Shown here piece after piece: positions 19,188 through 27,020 of a DNA stretch of 27,020 bases. The stretch covers positions 1 through 27,020 of the forward strand of contig JBBROT010000001.1 in assembly GCA_038229155.1 (NCBI GenBank). The letters run 5' to 3'. The notes under the pieces were generated by a model that ran no database searches, was not told where the DNA came from, and saw only the letters and a list, made by a program, of their open reading frames with translations. The first letter of the stretch is position 1. Each line of letters begins with the position of its first letter. The position numbers and the translations under genes were made by a program. This DNA is from Bryobacterales bacterium (GTDB lineage Bacteria > Acidobacteriota > Terriglobia > Bryobacterales > Bryobacteraceae).

Positions 19188-19348
19188 CGTTCTGGCGGTT
19201 TTTGAAAGCGCTGTTGCGCGAACTGAGCGACGAAACCGCCTATGAGCGGCACTTGGCGCTGTCCGGTGCCACGCACTCCGCTAACGAATGGAGGCGCTTC
19301 TCCGATGAGCGGCATCGCGCGAAATATTCCCGCGCCCGCTGCTGTTGA
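19184..19348 (+). CDS. YbdD/YjiX (DUF466)-like small partner of CstA
   Basis: [24 protein letters not shown]...[13 protein letters not shown]; ATGA overlap with the cstA stop; terminal RCC typical of this family. Confidence 0.85.
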   Translation: MTFWRFLKALLRELSDETAYERHLALSGATHSANEWRRFSDERHRAKYSRARCC

Positions 19349-19358
19349 GAGACCGTCG

Positions 19359-19961
19359 TTGAACCCCTTCATCGCCAGGCTGGCGGCGTTCTTTTTCACG
19401 CTGGGCGGGTTCGGCCTGCTGCTGCTGGGCATACTCGATTCCTCATTCCTCTTCCTGCCGCTGGGCATCGATCTGCTGATGGTCGCCCTCACCGTCAAGC
19501 ACCACGACCATATGTTTTACTACGCCGCCATGGCCGCCGCCGGCTCCGTGATCGGCTGCTTCACCACAGACTGGGTGAGCCGGAAGGGCGGGGAAGCGGG
19601 GCTCAAAAACCGCATCTCTCCACGCCGGTTGAAATACATCCAGGCCCGCGTGGAAAAGAGCGCGGGTGTGGCACTGGCTCTGTCTGCGATGGCCCCGCCC
19701 GGCTTCCCGTTCACGCCATTTGTGGTTGTCGCCGCGGCTCTGCAATACCCTCGCGGCAAACTGCTGATCATCGTGGCCATCTTCCGGCTGATCCGCTTTA
19801 CCATCGAAGGTCTGCTCGCCATAAAATTCGGCCCGCGCATTTTGAAACTGGCGGAGATGCCCGCGGTGCAGCATGCCATCCTGGCCGTGGTGGTGATTTC
19901 AATTGTGGGTAGCGCGTGGTCGCTCTACAATCTCTATAGAAGCAGCAGGCGTAAGGCATGA
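19359..19961 (+). CDS. DedA/VTT (YqaA-like) membrane protein
   Basis: LLLGILDSSFLFLPLGIDLL, YAAMAAAGSVIG, PPGFPFTPFVVVAAAL, RLIRF. Start placed at TTG 19359. Confidence 0.85.
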   Translation: MNPFIARLAAFFFTLGGFGLLLLGILDSSFLFLPLGIDLLMVALTVKHHDHMFYYAAMAAAGSVIGCFTTDWVSRKGGEAGLKNRISPRRLKYIQARVEKSAGVALALSAMAPPGFPFTPFVVVAAALQYPRGKLLIIVAIFRLIRFTIEGLLAIKFGPRILKLAEMPAVQHAILAVVVISIVGSAWSLYNLYRSSRRKA

Positions 19962-19987
19962 ACATCCGGCGTTATACAATTACCCGC

Positions 19988-21238
19988 ATGAAATCAGTGT
20001 TGATTTTGCTTGCCGCGGTTGCTGCCGCAAGTGCTCAGAAAACCGAAATCCCCGTTTTGCTCACCATGGCCCGGACTCCCGCAAACGCCGCCTTCGTACC
20101 CGCTCTGCGCGATACGCTCACGCAAAAAGCCATCGATTCCGGAGCCGCCGTCGCGGGCTACGGGCCCGATTTTCTCTTCGTCACGCAATCCCCCACCACG
20201 CCCGAACTCTACATTGACGACGTCCGCGCCGGCGCGCTGCAAGCCATCCCCGGCAACCCGCAGTTGTGGATGATGCAGGCCAAGCTGCGCACCGGTGCCA
20301 CTCACAATTTTTATTACATGGTGGATGGCAAGCAGTTCGGCGGCAACCATGACATCGCCGCCTTCACGCCCGATTCCTATGCGAAGCCCGGTGTCTCTCA
20401 AGGCACGCTGTCCGAAAAAATGGTGCACACCAGCAAGATTTACGACGGCATGGTTTCCGATTGGTGGATCTACGTCCCCGCGCAATACGACGCCGCGAAG
20501 CCGGCCGCACTCATGGTCTGGCACGATGGACAGGGAATGATCAGCCGCACCGCTGCCGCGAACCCGCTGAACGTATTCGACAACCTCACCGCGCAGGGCA
20601 AAATTCCGGTCATGATCCAGGTGTTCATCGCCCCCGGCAAAATCGGCGAAAAGGCCATGCGCAGCATTGAGTACGATACGGTGTCCGATAAGTACGCGCA
20701 TTTCGTAGGCGATGAGATCCTGCCTTTGGTGTACGGGAAGTACACCCTGCGCCGCGCTGCTGACAGCCGCGCCGCCGCTGGCAATTCTTCTGGAGGCATC
20801 TCCGCCTTCAACATGGCCTGGTTCCAGCCTGATCAGTTCTCGCGCGTGCTGATGCGCATCGCCAGCTTCGCCAACCTGCAGCAGAACCACCCTGGCGAAT
20901 TCGATGGCGGCAACACCTACCCGTACCGCGTGCGCCGCGAAGACAAACGGGCCATCCGCGTCTGGTCCGCTGACGGTACGGAGGATCTTGAAAATCCCTT
21001 CGGCTCCTGGCCCTCGAACAACATCAACATGGCCAACTCTTTGAAATTCCGCGATTACGATTTCCACATGAGTTGGAGCAATGGCAGCCACAACGGCGCG
21101 CACGGCAATGCCGAACTGCCTGAAGAGATGACGTGGCTCTGGCGCAGCTACGACGCGGCCAAAACTTCCGACCCCTTCCCTCCCGATCCCGACGAGAAGG
21201 CCAAGCCGTTCTTTCGCGTGAAGTCTTTCAATCGCTAA
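19988..21238 (+). CDS. Secreted alpha/beta-hydrolase, enterochelin-esterase-like
   Basis: Signal peptide MKSVLILLAAVAAASA, WWIYVPAQY, VWHDGQG, RSIEYD, nucleophile motif GNSSGG. Confidence 0.85.
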   Translation: MKSVLILLAAVAAASAQKTEIPVLLTMARTPANAAFVPALRDTLTQKAIDSGAAVAGYGPDFLFVTQSPTTPELYIDDVRAGALQAIPGNPQLWMMQAKLRTGATHNFYYMVDGKQFGGNHDIAAFTPDSYAKPGVSQGTLSEKMVHTSKIYDGMVSDWWIYVPAQYDAAKPAALMVWHDGQGMISRTAAANPLNVFDNLTAQGKIPVMIQVFIAPGKIGEKAMRSIEYDTVSDKYAHFVGDEILPLVYGKYTLRRAADSRAAAGNSSGGISAFNMAWFQPDQFSRVLMRIASFANLQQNHPGEFDGGNTYPYRVRREDKRAIRVWSADGTEDLENPFGSWPSNNINMANSLKFRDYDFHMSWSNGSHNGAHGNAELPEEMTWLWRSYDAAKTSDPFPPDPDEKAKPFFRVKSFNR

Positions 21239-21248
21239 CATTCCGCGC

Positions 21249-22751
21249 ATGAGGCCGACCCGTATTCAGGCACTGGGCGACCGCCTGAATCGCGATGCCG
21301 GCCCGGTGCTGGCGCTTCTGACCATGCTGTTCGTGGGGCTGGTGTTCCAGCCCATGCAAAAAATTCTTTGGCACGATGAGCTGTTTACTTTTTACATTTC
21401 CGGTTCGCCATCTTTGGGCACCATGTGGAACGCCATCGTCCATATCGATTGGCAGCCGCCGCTCATCTTCTTAACGGCCCGCCTTTCGCAGCAACTGTTC
21501 GGCGTCAACGAGTTCGCCACCCGCCTGCCTTCCACACTCGCGTTCTTTGGCGCCAGTGTGGGCACCGTTTGGATTCTCAAACGCCGAGTGGGCGTGCTCT
21601 GGGCCGCCGTGCCGGTGCTGCTGTTCTGGTTTTCTTTTTATTTCAAATACGCTGCCGAAGCGCGCCCTTATGCGTTGCTCACCGCCTTCTTCGTTCTCTC
21701 CCTTCACTGCTATCTGCGCCTCACGGATCTGGACCCGCCCACACGCCGAAGCTGGTACCTGGCAGGTCTCTTCGCGGGCAACTTGGGCATGATGCTCAGC
21801 CACATCCTGGCCCCGTTTTCCATGATGCCCTTCGGCGTCGCGGAACTGGTGCGCGCCTGGCGCAGCCGCCGCGTCGATGTGCCTGTATGGTTCGCCATCA
21901 TCGCACCGCTCGGCGTAATCGCGATGTACCTGCCCATGGTGCATTCCTTCCAGCGCAACCTGTTCCCTCCGCTTTTCCAGGCCTCGTTCAAAAAGATGGC
22001 CGTCTTTTATGCGAAGGCTCTGCGGTATGTGTGGCCGGAATTGCTGCTGGGCACCATCGCCGCCGTGGCCGCTTCCCGCTTCACGCCGCGTGCGCAATCT
22101 TCGCCAAGCGTTCCGCTCCCGCACAAGGTGTTGACCGTGGCGCTTGTGCTCTCTCCCATCCTGGTCAACCTGGTCATGATGCGCAGCCAGGGCGCGTTCT
22201 GGGAGCGCTACTGCATCTGCGCCGCGCTGGCCATTTACATCATTTGCGCGTTCCTTCTCGGCTGGATCTCACGCTGGGGTAGCGCGGCGGGCCTCGCCGT
22301 CTTCACCGCGATTTTGTTCGCCGGCCTCGCTCACACCGCATTCGAGCACCAGCCCTTACCCCCGCTTCATACTATCGAAGCCATCGACCCCAACCTTCCC
22401 TTAGTAGACTCGAGCGGCCTAGCCTTCCTCGAAATGGATCGTTACGAATCGCCCGCGCTTCTTGAGCGGCTCTATTACTTGACCGATCGCGAGTCCGCCG
22501 TCCGCTACGCCCACGCCACCTTGTTCGAAGACTTCGCCAGCATCCACAAATACTTCCCCATCCGCGCCCGCGTTCGCCCTTACCGCGAGTTCATAAGCCA
22601 GAACAAACATTTCCTTGTTTTCGGCACCCCGCAAAATGTGGAAGACTGGCTTTTCGCCAAGTTGAAGGATGATGGTGCCACCGTACGAACGCTTCAAAGC
22701 GTCACCACGCCCTATCGCGATTACGAAGTCTTCAATGTCACGCTTCCGTGA
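21249..22751 (+). CDS. GT-C fold membrane glycosyltransferase (GT39/PMT-like)
   Basis: LWHDE, PPL, RLPS and AEARPYAL motifs with many transmembrane segments. Confidence 0.8.
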   Translation: MRPTRIQALGDRLNRDAGPVLALLTMLFVGLVFQPMQKILWHDELFTFYISGSPSLGTMWNAIVHIDWQPPLIFLTARLSQQLFGVNEFATRLPSTLAFFGASVGTVWILKRRVGVLWAAVPVLLFWFSFYFKYAAEARPYALLTAFFVLSLHCYLRLTDLDPPTRRSWYLAGLFAGNLGMMLSHILAPFSMMPFGVAELVRAWRSRRVDVPVWFAIIAPLGVIAMYLPMVHSFQRNLFPPLFQASFKKMAVFYAKALRYVWPELLLGTIAAVAASRFTPRAQSSPSVPLPHKVLTVALVLSPILVNLVMMRSQGAFWERYCICAALAIYIICAFLLGWISRWGSAAGLAVFTAILFAGLAHTAFEHQPLPPLHTIEAIDPNLPLVDSSGLAFLEMDRYESPALLERLYYLTDRESAVRYAHATLFEDFASIHKYFPIRARVRPYREFISQNKHFLVFGTPQNVEDWLFAKLKDDGATVRTLQSVTTPYRDYEVFNVTLP

Positions 22752-22770
22752 ATTTGCTACGATTCTGGAC

Positions 22771-23385
22771 ATGCGCCGTGTTGCCGCCCTTTTTCTGATT
22801 TCTCTCCCCGCTTTCGCCCAGCAAGGCTGGGTACAACTCTTCAATGGCAAAGACCTGACCGGCTGGCAGGTGAATGAAAACACCGACACGTTCTCCGTCG
22901 AAGATGGCGCCATCAAAGCGCACGGGAACCGCAGCCATTGCTTCTATACCGGTCCTTACAAGAGCCACATGTTCAAGGATTTCGAACTGGAAGTGGAAGT
23001 GAAAACGCTCCCCGGGGCGAACGGCGGCATCTATATCGATACCGAGTTTCAACCGCAAGGCTGGCCCGGCAAAGGCTTTGAGGTGCAGGTGAACAATTCC
23101 TATGTCACGGACCCGCGCAAGACCGGCAGCCTGTACGAAGTGAAAGATAACAACGCCGCCGTCGCGCCCGATAACGAATGGTTCACCGAGCACATCGTTC
23201 AACGCGGCGACACCATCACCATCCAGGTAAATGGCAAGCAGATTGTGCAATGGACCCAGCCGGAAGGTTGGGACGGCGTGAAGGAATTTAAAGGCCGCAG
23301 AATCGGAATCGGCACCATCGCCCTGCAAGGTCACGACCCCAAGAGCACGGTGTACTACCGCAACATTCGCATCAAGACCCTTTAA
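22771..23385 (+). CDS. DUF1080 (3-keto-disaccharide hydrolase-like) secreted protein
   Basis: WVQLFNGKDLTGW, DFEL, NGGIY, FEVQV, TGSLY, IALQGHDP..VYYRNIRIK. Confidence 0.92.
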   Translation: MRRVAALFLISLPAFAQQGWVQLFNGKDLTGWQVNENTDTFSVEDGAIKAHGNRSHCFYTGPYKSHMFKDFELEVEVKTLPGANGGIYIDTEFQPQGWPGKGFEVQVNNSYVTDPRKTGSLYEVKDNNAAVAPDNEWFTEHIVQRGDTITIQVNGKQIVQWTQPEGWDGVKEFKGRRIGIGTIALQGHDPKSTVYYRNIRIKTL

Positions 23386-23409
23386 AGGCTGAAACTCTCG
23401 GGCGTGCAC

Positions 23410-23616
23410 TTGAAGATCAGGGACGCGCTTCGAATCGTTGAGCGAGACGGATGGACTCAGGTCCGCCAGAAGGGAAGCCACCGCCAGTTTCATCACCCAA
23501 CCAAGCCAGGTACCGTAACCGTTGCAGGTCATCCTTACGATGAAATGCCACATGGCACGCTCAGGAATATAATAAGCAGGCAGGTATCGATAAATGAAAT
23601 ATGCGGTTGTTTTTGA
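23410..23616 (+). pseudogene. hicA: HicA toxin with an apparent 1-nt frameshift near the C-terminus
   Basis: ERDGW..RQKGSHRQFHHPTKPGTVTVAGH. The canonical tail KQAGIDK* lies in the -1 frame (23574-23597). Start may be TTG 23410 or GTG 23404. Confidence 0.75.
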
Positions 23617-23803
23617 ACAAGGACCGTCGAGCGTGGGCGCTACCGTTCCTGATCTGCCGGGTTGTGTTGCCGTAGCCGAGTCGGTGGACCAGGCGCGCGC
23701 GTTAATTGCGGAAGCGATTGAGTTCCATATTGAAGGGATGGGTCTTCACGGCGAGCAGGTTCCCGAGCCAACGACTTTGGCCGAACTGGTCGAGATCGGC
23801 TGA
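23594..23803 (+). CDS. hicB: HicB-like antitoxin (short form without DNA-binding domain)
   Basis: YAVVFEQG...VPDLPGCVAVAESVDQARALIAEAIEFHIEG. Confidence 0.9.
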   Translation: MKYAVVFEQGPSSVGATVPDLPGCVAVAESVDQARALIAEAIEFHIEGMGLHGEQVPEPTTLAELVEIG

Positions 23804-23807
23804 CGCG

Positions 23808-24284
23808 TCAAGCTGGCTGATGGCCCAACTCGCTAGAGATTTCTTTCGTCATCAGGTACTGCGTGTGGTCCTCCGGGTACCCGGCCAATTCGCCATACAC
23901 TCGGTACCCGCACTTTTCATAAAATCCGCGCGCCTGAAAATCGAGCGTATCCAGCCGCACCGCGCTTGCCCCGGCTTCCCGCGCCGCCGCTTCCACCTTG
24001 CGCATCAGCGTTCGTCCCGTACCGCCGCCACGCACCGCGTCACTCAGCCACACCACGTCCGGATCGAACCAGCGGTGCCATCGGACCACCCCGTAGGCAC
24101 CCCCCAGCACGGTTCCCTTCTCATCGACAACGTAAACTTCCACACGCGGCGCCTGTTCCGGCTCCAGCCCGTATAGCCTCCGCAGCTCCGCGGATTGTTC
24201 GGTGTTGGTCGCCGTCAACCCGCGTCGAACGGCTAAACGAGATTCCTCGTTCACACCGGTGCAAAATATAATTCCTGGCTTCAC
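23808..24284 (-). CDS. GNAT-family N-acetyltransferase
   Basis: VWLSDAVRGGGTGRTLM, LDTLDFQARGFYEKCGY. Confidence 0.9.
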   Translation of the reverse strand: MKPGIIFCTGVNEESRLAVRRGLTATNTEQSAELRRLYGLEPEQAPRVEVYVVDEKGTVLGGAYGVVRWHRWFDPDVVWLSDAVRGGGTGRTLMRKVEAAAREAGASAVRLDTLDFQARGFYEKCGYRVYGELAGYPEDHTQYLMTKEISSELGHQPA

Positions 24285-24287
24285 TTT

Positions 24288-24914
24288 CTACTTGGTATCG
24301 GTAATTCTGGCCGCCTTCAGGGCCGTGGCAACCTGGGTGACACGCCGGCCCTGATACCGCGCCACTTCAAGGTCATCGGCAGTTGGAGGCGCGCTGTTCT
24401 GGCCCGAAACGGTAGACGCGCCATACGGGGTTCCCGCGCGGAACATAATGGCGTCAGCATAGCCCAGCGGCACAATAATCAGGCCCAGATGCGCCATGGG
24501 GTTGTATAACGAAAGCAGGGTGCTCTCATTTCCGCCGTGGGGGCCGGACGTGGAAGTGAACACGCCGCCGGCTTTTCCCACCAGCTTGCCCTGGAACCAA
24601 AGGCCGCCCAGCGAATCGATAAAGGCTTTTAGTTCGCTCGATACATTTCCGAATCGCGTGGGTGTTCCGAAGATGATCGCATCGGCCCACTCCGCGTCCG
24701 CTTCCGTGGGTGCGCCGTGTTCCGCGGTCATGCGCGCGCTGTTCTCCGCCCAGCCAGGGGCATGAGTCATCACCTCCGGGTTCACAATATCGGCCACCCG
24801 CCGGAGCCGGACATCCGCTCCCGCCGCGCGAGCTCCTTCGGCGACGCCTTTGGCCATCGCTTCCGTGGACCCATTGCGCGAATAAAACGCGATCAGAACC
24901 TTCGTTGCATCCAT
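24288..24914 (-). CDS. wrbA: NAD(P)H:quinone oxidoreductase, type IV flavodoxin-like
   Basis: FYSRNGST, ADAIIFGTPTRFGN, FIDSLGGLWFQGKLVGK, HGGNEST, PYGAS. Confidence 0.92.
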   Translation of the reverse strand: MDATKVLIAFYSRNGSTEAMAKGVAEGARAAGADVRLRRVADIVNPEVMTHAPGWAENSARMTAEHGAPTEADAEWADAIIFGTPTRFGNVSSELKAFIDSLGGLWFQGKLVGKAGGVFTSTSGPHGGNESTLLSLYNPMAHLGLIIVPLGYADAIMFRAGTPYGASTVSGQNSAPPTADDLEVARYQGRRVTQVATALKAARITDTK

Positions 24915-24967
24915 ATGGGTTACCGATGAAAAGGGTAGTGAACCGGATTCGCCATACTTGTTGTAAT

Positions 24968-25636
24968 TTGCCGCGGCTTGAAATTCGCAATGTGACGAAG
25001 GTGTACGAATCGGGCGGCGAACCGCTCACAGCGCTGGCCGGTGTGTCTCTCACCGCGGAGGCCGGAACCGTGACCGCCCTTTTGGGACGCAGCGGTTGCG
25101 GAAAATCCACGCTCCTGAAGATCGCCGGTGCCATGGATTTTGCCACCTCCGGCGAAGTGTTCATTGATGGCTATAGCACGGCCGCCCTTTCCGACGCCGC
25201 CCTCACCGCCCTTCGCCGCACGAAAATTGGGTTCGTTTTTCAGTTTTTCGAATTGCTGCCCACCTTGACCGCCTGGGAAAACGTGGAATTGCCGCTGCTC
25301 CTGGCCGGCACAGCCAACTCGCGCGCGCTGGCCCGGGAGCGCCTGGAATGGGTCGGTCTCGGCGAAAAGGCCGCTTCGTATCCGCACCAGCTTTCAGGCG
25401 GCCAGATGCAGCGCGTGGCGGTGGCCCGCGCCCTTGTGCACAATCCCCACCTGCTGATTGCGGATGAACCCACGGGCAACCTCGATACCGCGAGCGGTGC
25501 CCAGGTACTTGAGCTAATCCAAGCAGCCGCAAGGGATTTCGGCGCAGCCGTGCTGATGGCGACCCATTCCGAAGAGGCCGCCGGCATCGCCACCCACCGC
25601 GTTTACCTGCGCGATGGGCACATTGTGCATCCGTAG
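24968..25636 (+). CDS. ABC ATP-binding protein, LolD/MacB type; start uncertain (TTG 24968 or ATG 24926)
   Basis: [51 protein letters not shown]. Confidence 0.93.
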   Translation: MPRLEIRNVTKVYESGGEPLTALAGVSLTAEAGTVTALLGRSGCGKSTLLKIAGAMDFATSGEVFIDGYSTAALSDAALTALRRTKIGFVFQFFELLPTLTAWENVELPLLLAGTANSRALARERLEWVGLGEKAASYPHQLSGGQMQRVAVARALVHNPHLLIADEPTGNLDTASGAQVLELIQAAARDFGAAVLMATHSEEAAGIATHRVYLRDGHIVHP

Positions 25637-25639
25637 AAC

Positions 25640-25668
25640 ATGCACAATCTTGCACAATCATGCACAAC
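25640..25668 (+). repeat. Three 10-bp-period TGCACAA repeats spanning the permease start codon
   Basis: ATGCACAATC TTGCACAATC ATGCACAAC, plus an inverted copy ATTGTGCA at 25622-25629. Confidence 0.8.
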
Positions 25669-27020
25669 TTCACCCTATTCCGCACCCTGGTCCTGCGTCC
25701 GCTCCTGAGCGAACCGCTTCGCACCGCGCTCACGCTCACCGCCGTCGCGCTCGGCGTGGCCGTCGTCATCGGCATTGAACTCGCAGGCGGTGCGGCGTCT
25801 GGTTCTTTCGAATCGTCGCTCACCACCCTCACCGGCACCGTCGACCTCCAACTCTCCGCGAACGGCGGCCTCGACGAAGCGCTCATCGCGAAACTGGCGC
25901 AGCTTCCGTTGAACCTGAAACTTTCACCGGTGATTGAAACTCCGGTGCTTACGTCGGGCAAAGTGTCCGCCACGCTCTTCGGCGTGGATTCGGTACAAGC
26001 ACTGAAGGCTCCTGCCACGCCACCCGCCAACGACGCGCAAATCGCGGTGTCCGAAGCCCTGTCGCACCGGCTCCGCGCGCGGCCCGGCGACCCTTTGACC
26101 TTGCGTCTACCCTCCGGCCCGGCCACCTTCAAAATCGGTCCGCTCATCGCCGCCAAAGATGCCGAATTTCTCGCGCTCGATATCGCCGAGGCACAACGCA
26201 TACTGGCCCGCTACGGAAAGCTGGACCGTATCGAAGTAACGGTCAGCCCCCGTGAAGACTTTGACAAAGTAGAGCGCATCATCCGCGCCGCCGCCGGCCC
26301 CGGCGTTGCCGTCGACAAGCCCGGAACCCGCGGCCGTGAGAATCAGCGCATGCTGCGCGCCTTCCGCTGGAATCTGCGGGTGCTCAGTTATATCTCGCTG
26401 GTGGTGGGCGCTTTTCTCATCTACAACACCATCTCGGTCAGCGTGGTCAGCCGCCGGGCCGAAATCGGCGTGCTGCGTGCCATCGGCACCACGCGCGGTT
26501 CCATCTTCATGTTCTTCCTGACGGAAGCTCTGCTCTTCGGCATCGGCGGCAGCGCGCTCGGCATCCTGCTGGGCCGCGCCATGGCGGAAGGGCTGGTGGG
26601 CCTCATCTCCGTCACCGTCAACTCGCTCTACGCCTCTAGCCGTCCGGCTGCCATCTCGCTCACCTGGCCCGTGGTGCTGTCGGCAGTCTTGACCGGCGTA
26701 GCCGTGGCCGTGGTCTCAGCGCTGGCACCCGCGCTCGAAGCGATGAGCGTCGTTCCCGCCGAAGCCATGGGGCGCGGAGCCCGTGAAACCGTGTTCCGGA
26801 AGCGTGTCAACCGGAACCTGTGGTTCGCGCTCTGCTTCGGCGTGCTGGGCACCATCGCCACGGCACAGGACGCGGTGGATGGCCGGCCCTTGTTCGGCTA
26901 TGCGGCCGTATTGCTCTTCATCGCGGCTGCCGCTTTTTGCGCGTCTCCACTGGTGCGCGGCGGCGTGGCTCTGCTCTCGCCCGTGTTGCGTCGCGTGTTC
27001 TCCGCCGTGGGCCTGCTGGC
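25660..27020 (+). CDS. FtsX/MacB-type ABC permease (partial; runs off the right end)
   Basis: MHNFTLFRTLVLRPLLSEPLRTALTLTAVALGVAVVIGIELA..., later SLVVGAFLIYNT.SVSVV.RRAEIGVLRAIG. Absent from the ORF track, presumably because no stop lies in the window. Confidence 0.93.
   Translation, partial: MHNFTLFRTLVLRPLLSEPLRTALTLTAVALGVAVVIGIELAGGAASGSFESSLTTLTGTVDLQLSANGGLDEALIAKLAQLPLNLKLSPVIETPVLTSGKVSATLFGVDSVQALKAPATPPANDAQIAVSEALSHRLRARPGDPLTLRLPSGPATFKIGPLIAAKDAEFLALDIAEAQRILARYGKLDRIEVTVSPREDFDKVERIIRAAAGPGVAVDKPGTRGRENQRMLRAFRWNLRVLSYISLVVGAFLIYNTISVSVVSRRAEIGVLRAIGTTRGSIFMFFLTEALLFGIGGSALGILLGRAMAEGLVGLISVTVNSLYASSRPAAISLTWPVVLSAVLTGVAVAVVSALAPALEAMSVVPAEAMGRGARETVFRKRVNRNLWFALCFGVLGTIATAQDAVDGRPLFGYAAVLLFIAAAAFCASPLVRGGVALLSPVLRRVFSAVGLL

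Noticed and set aside
19994-21250. 418-aa minus-strand ORF
   Set aside because: Antisense to the esterase, which carries the real motifs.
19988-23385. Esterase, GT-C and DUF1080 as a single glycan-modification system
   Set aside because: Each gene has its own candidate promoter, and all three families are abundant and scattered in such genomes; nothing in the sequence links them functionally.
23594-23803. HicB lacking a DNA-binding domain
   Set aside because: Short HicB-like antitoxins are a common, known form.

Overview
A GC-rich bacterial chromosomal window, probably Acidobacteriota (Bryobacteraceae/Solibacter-like); this is inferred from gene content and small hypothetical families, not from a search. 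Left to right: partial gcvT (missed by the ORF track), an orphan XRE/HigA-like regulator, a chlorite-dismutase-family heme protein, an ECF sigma factor, a secreted hypothetical, an unannotated 20-aa Lys-rich peptide with its own promoter and terminator, a MidA-type methyltransferase, a DUF2339 membrane protein, a TonB-dependent receptor/MntR/sugar-ABC cluster with twin DtxR-type operators, dnaB, two small proteins, a HEAT-repeat protein, mqnD, two hypotheticals, cstA with its ybdD-like partner, a DedA-family protein, an esterase, a GT-C glycosyltransferase, a DUF1080 protein, hicAB (hicA frameshifted), a GNAT, wrbA and a MacB/LolCDE-type ABC pair that runs off the right end. I found no rRNA, tRNA, CRISPR array or transposase. 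The best leads are the probably Mn-regulated TonB-dependent receptor, the peptide transcription unit, the hicA frameshift, an apparent ACG start codon and recurrent leaderless-type promoters.
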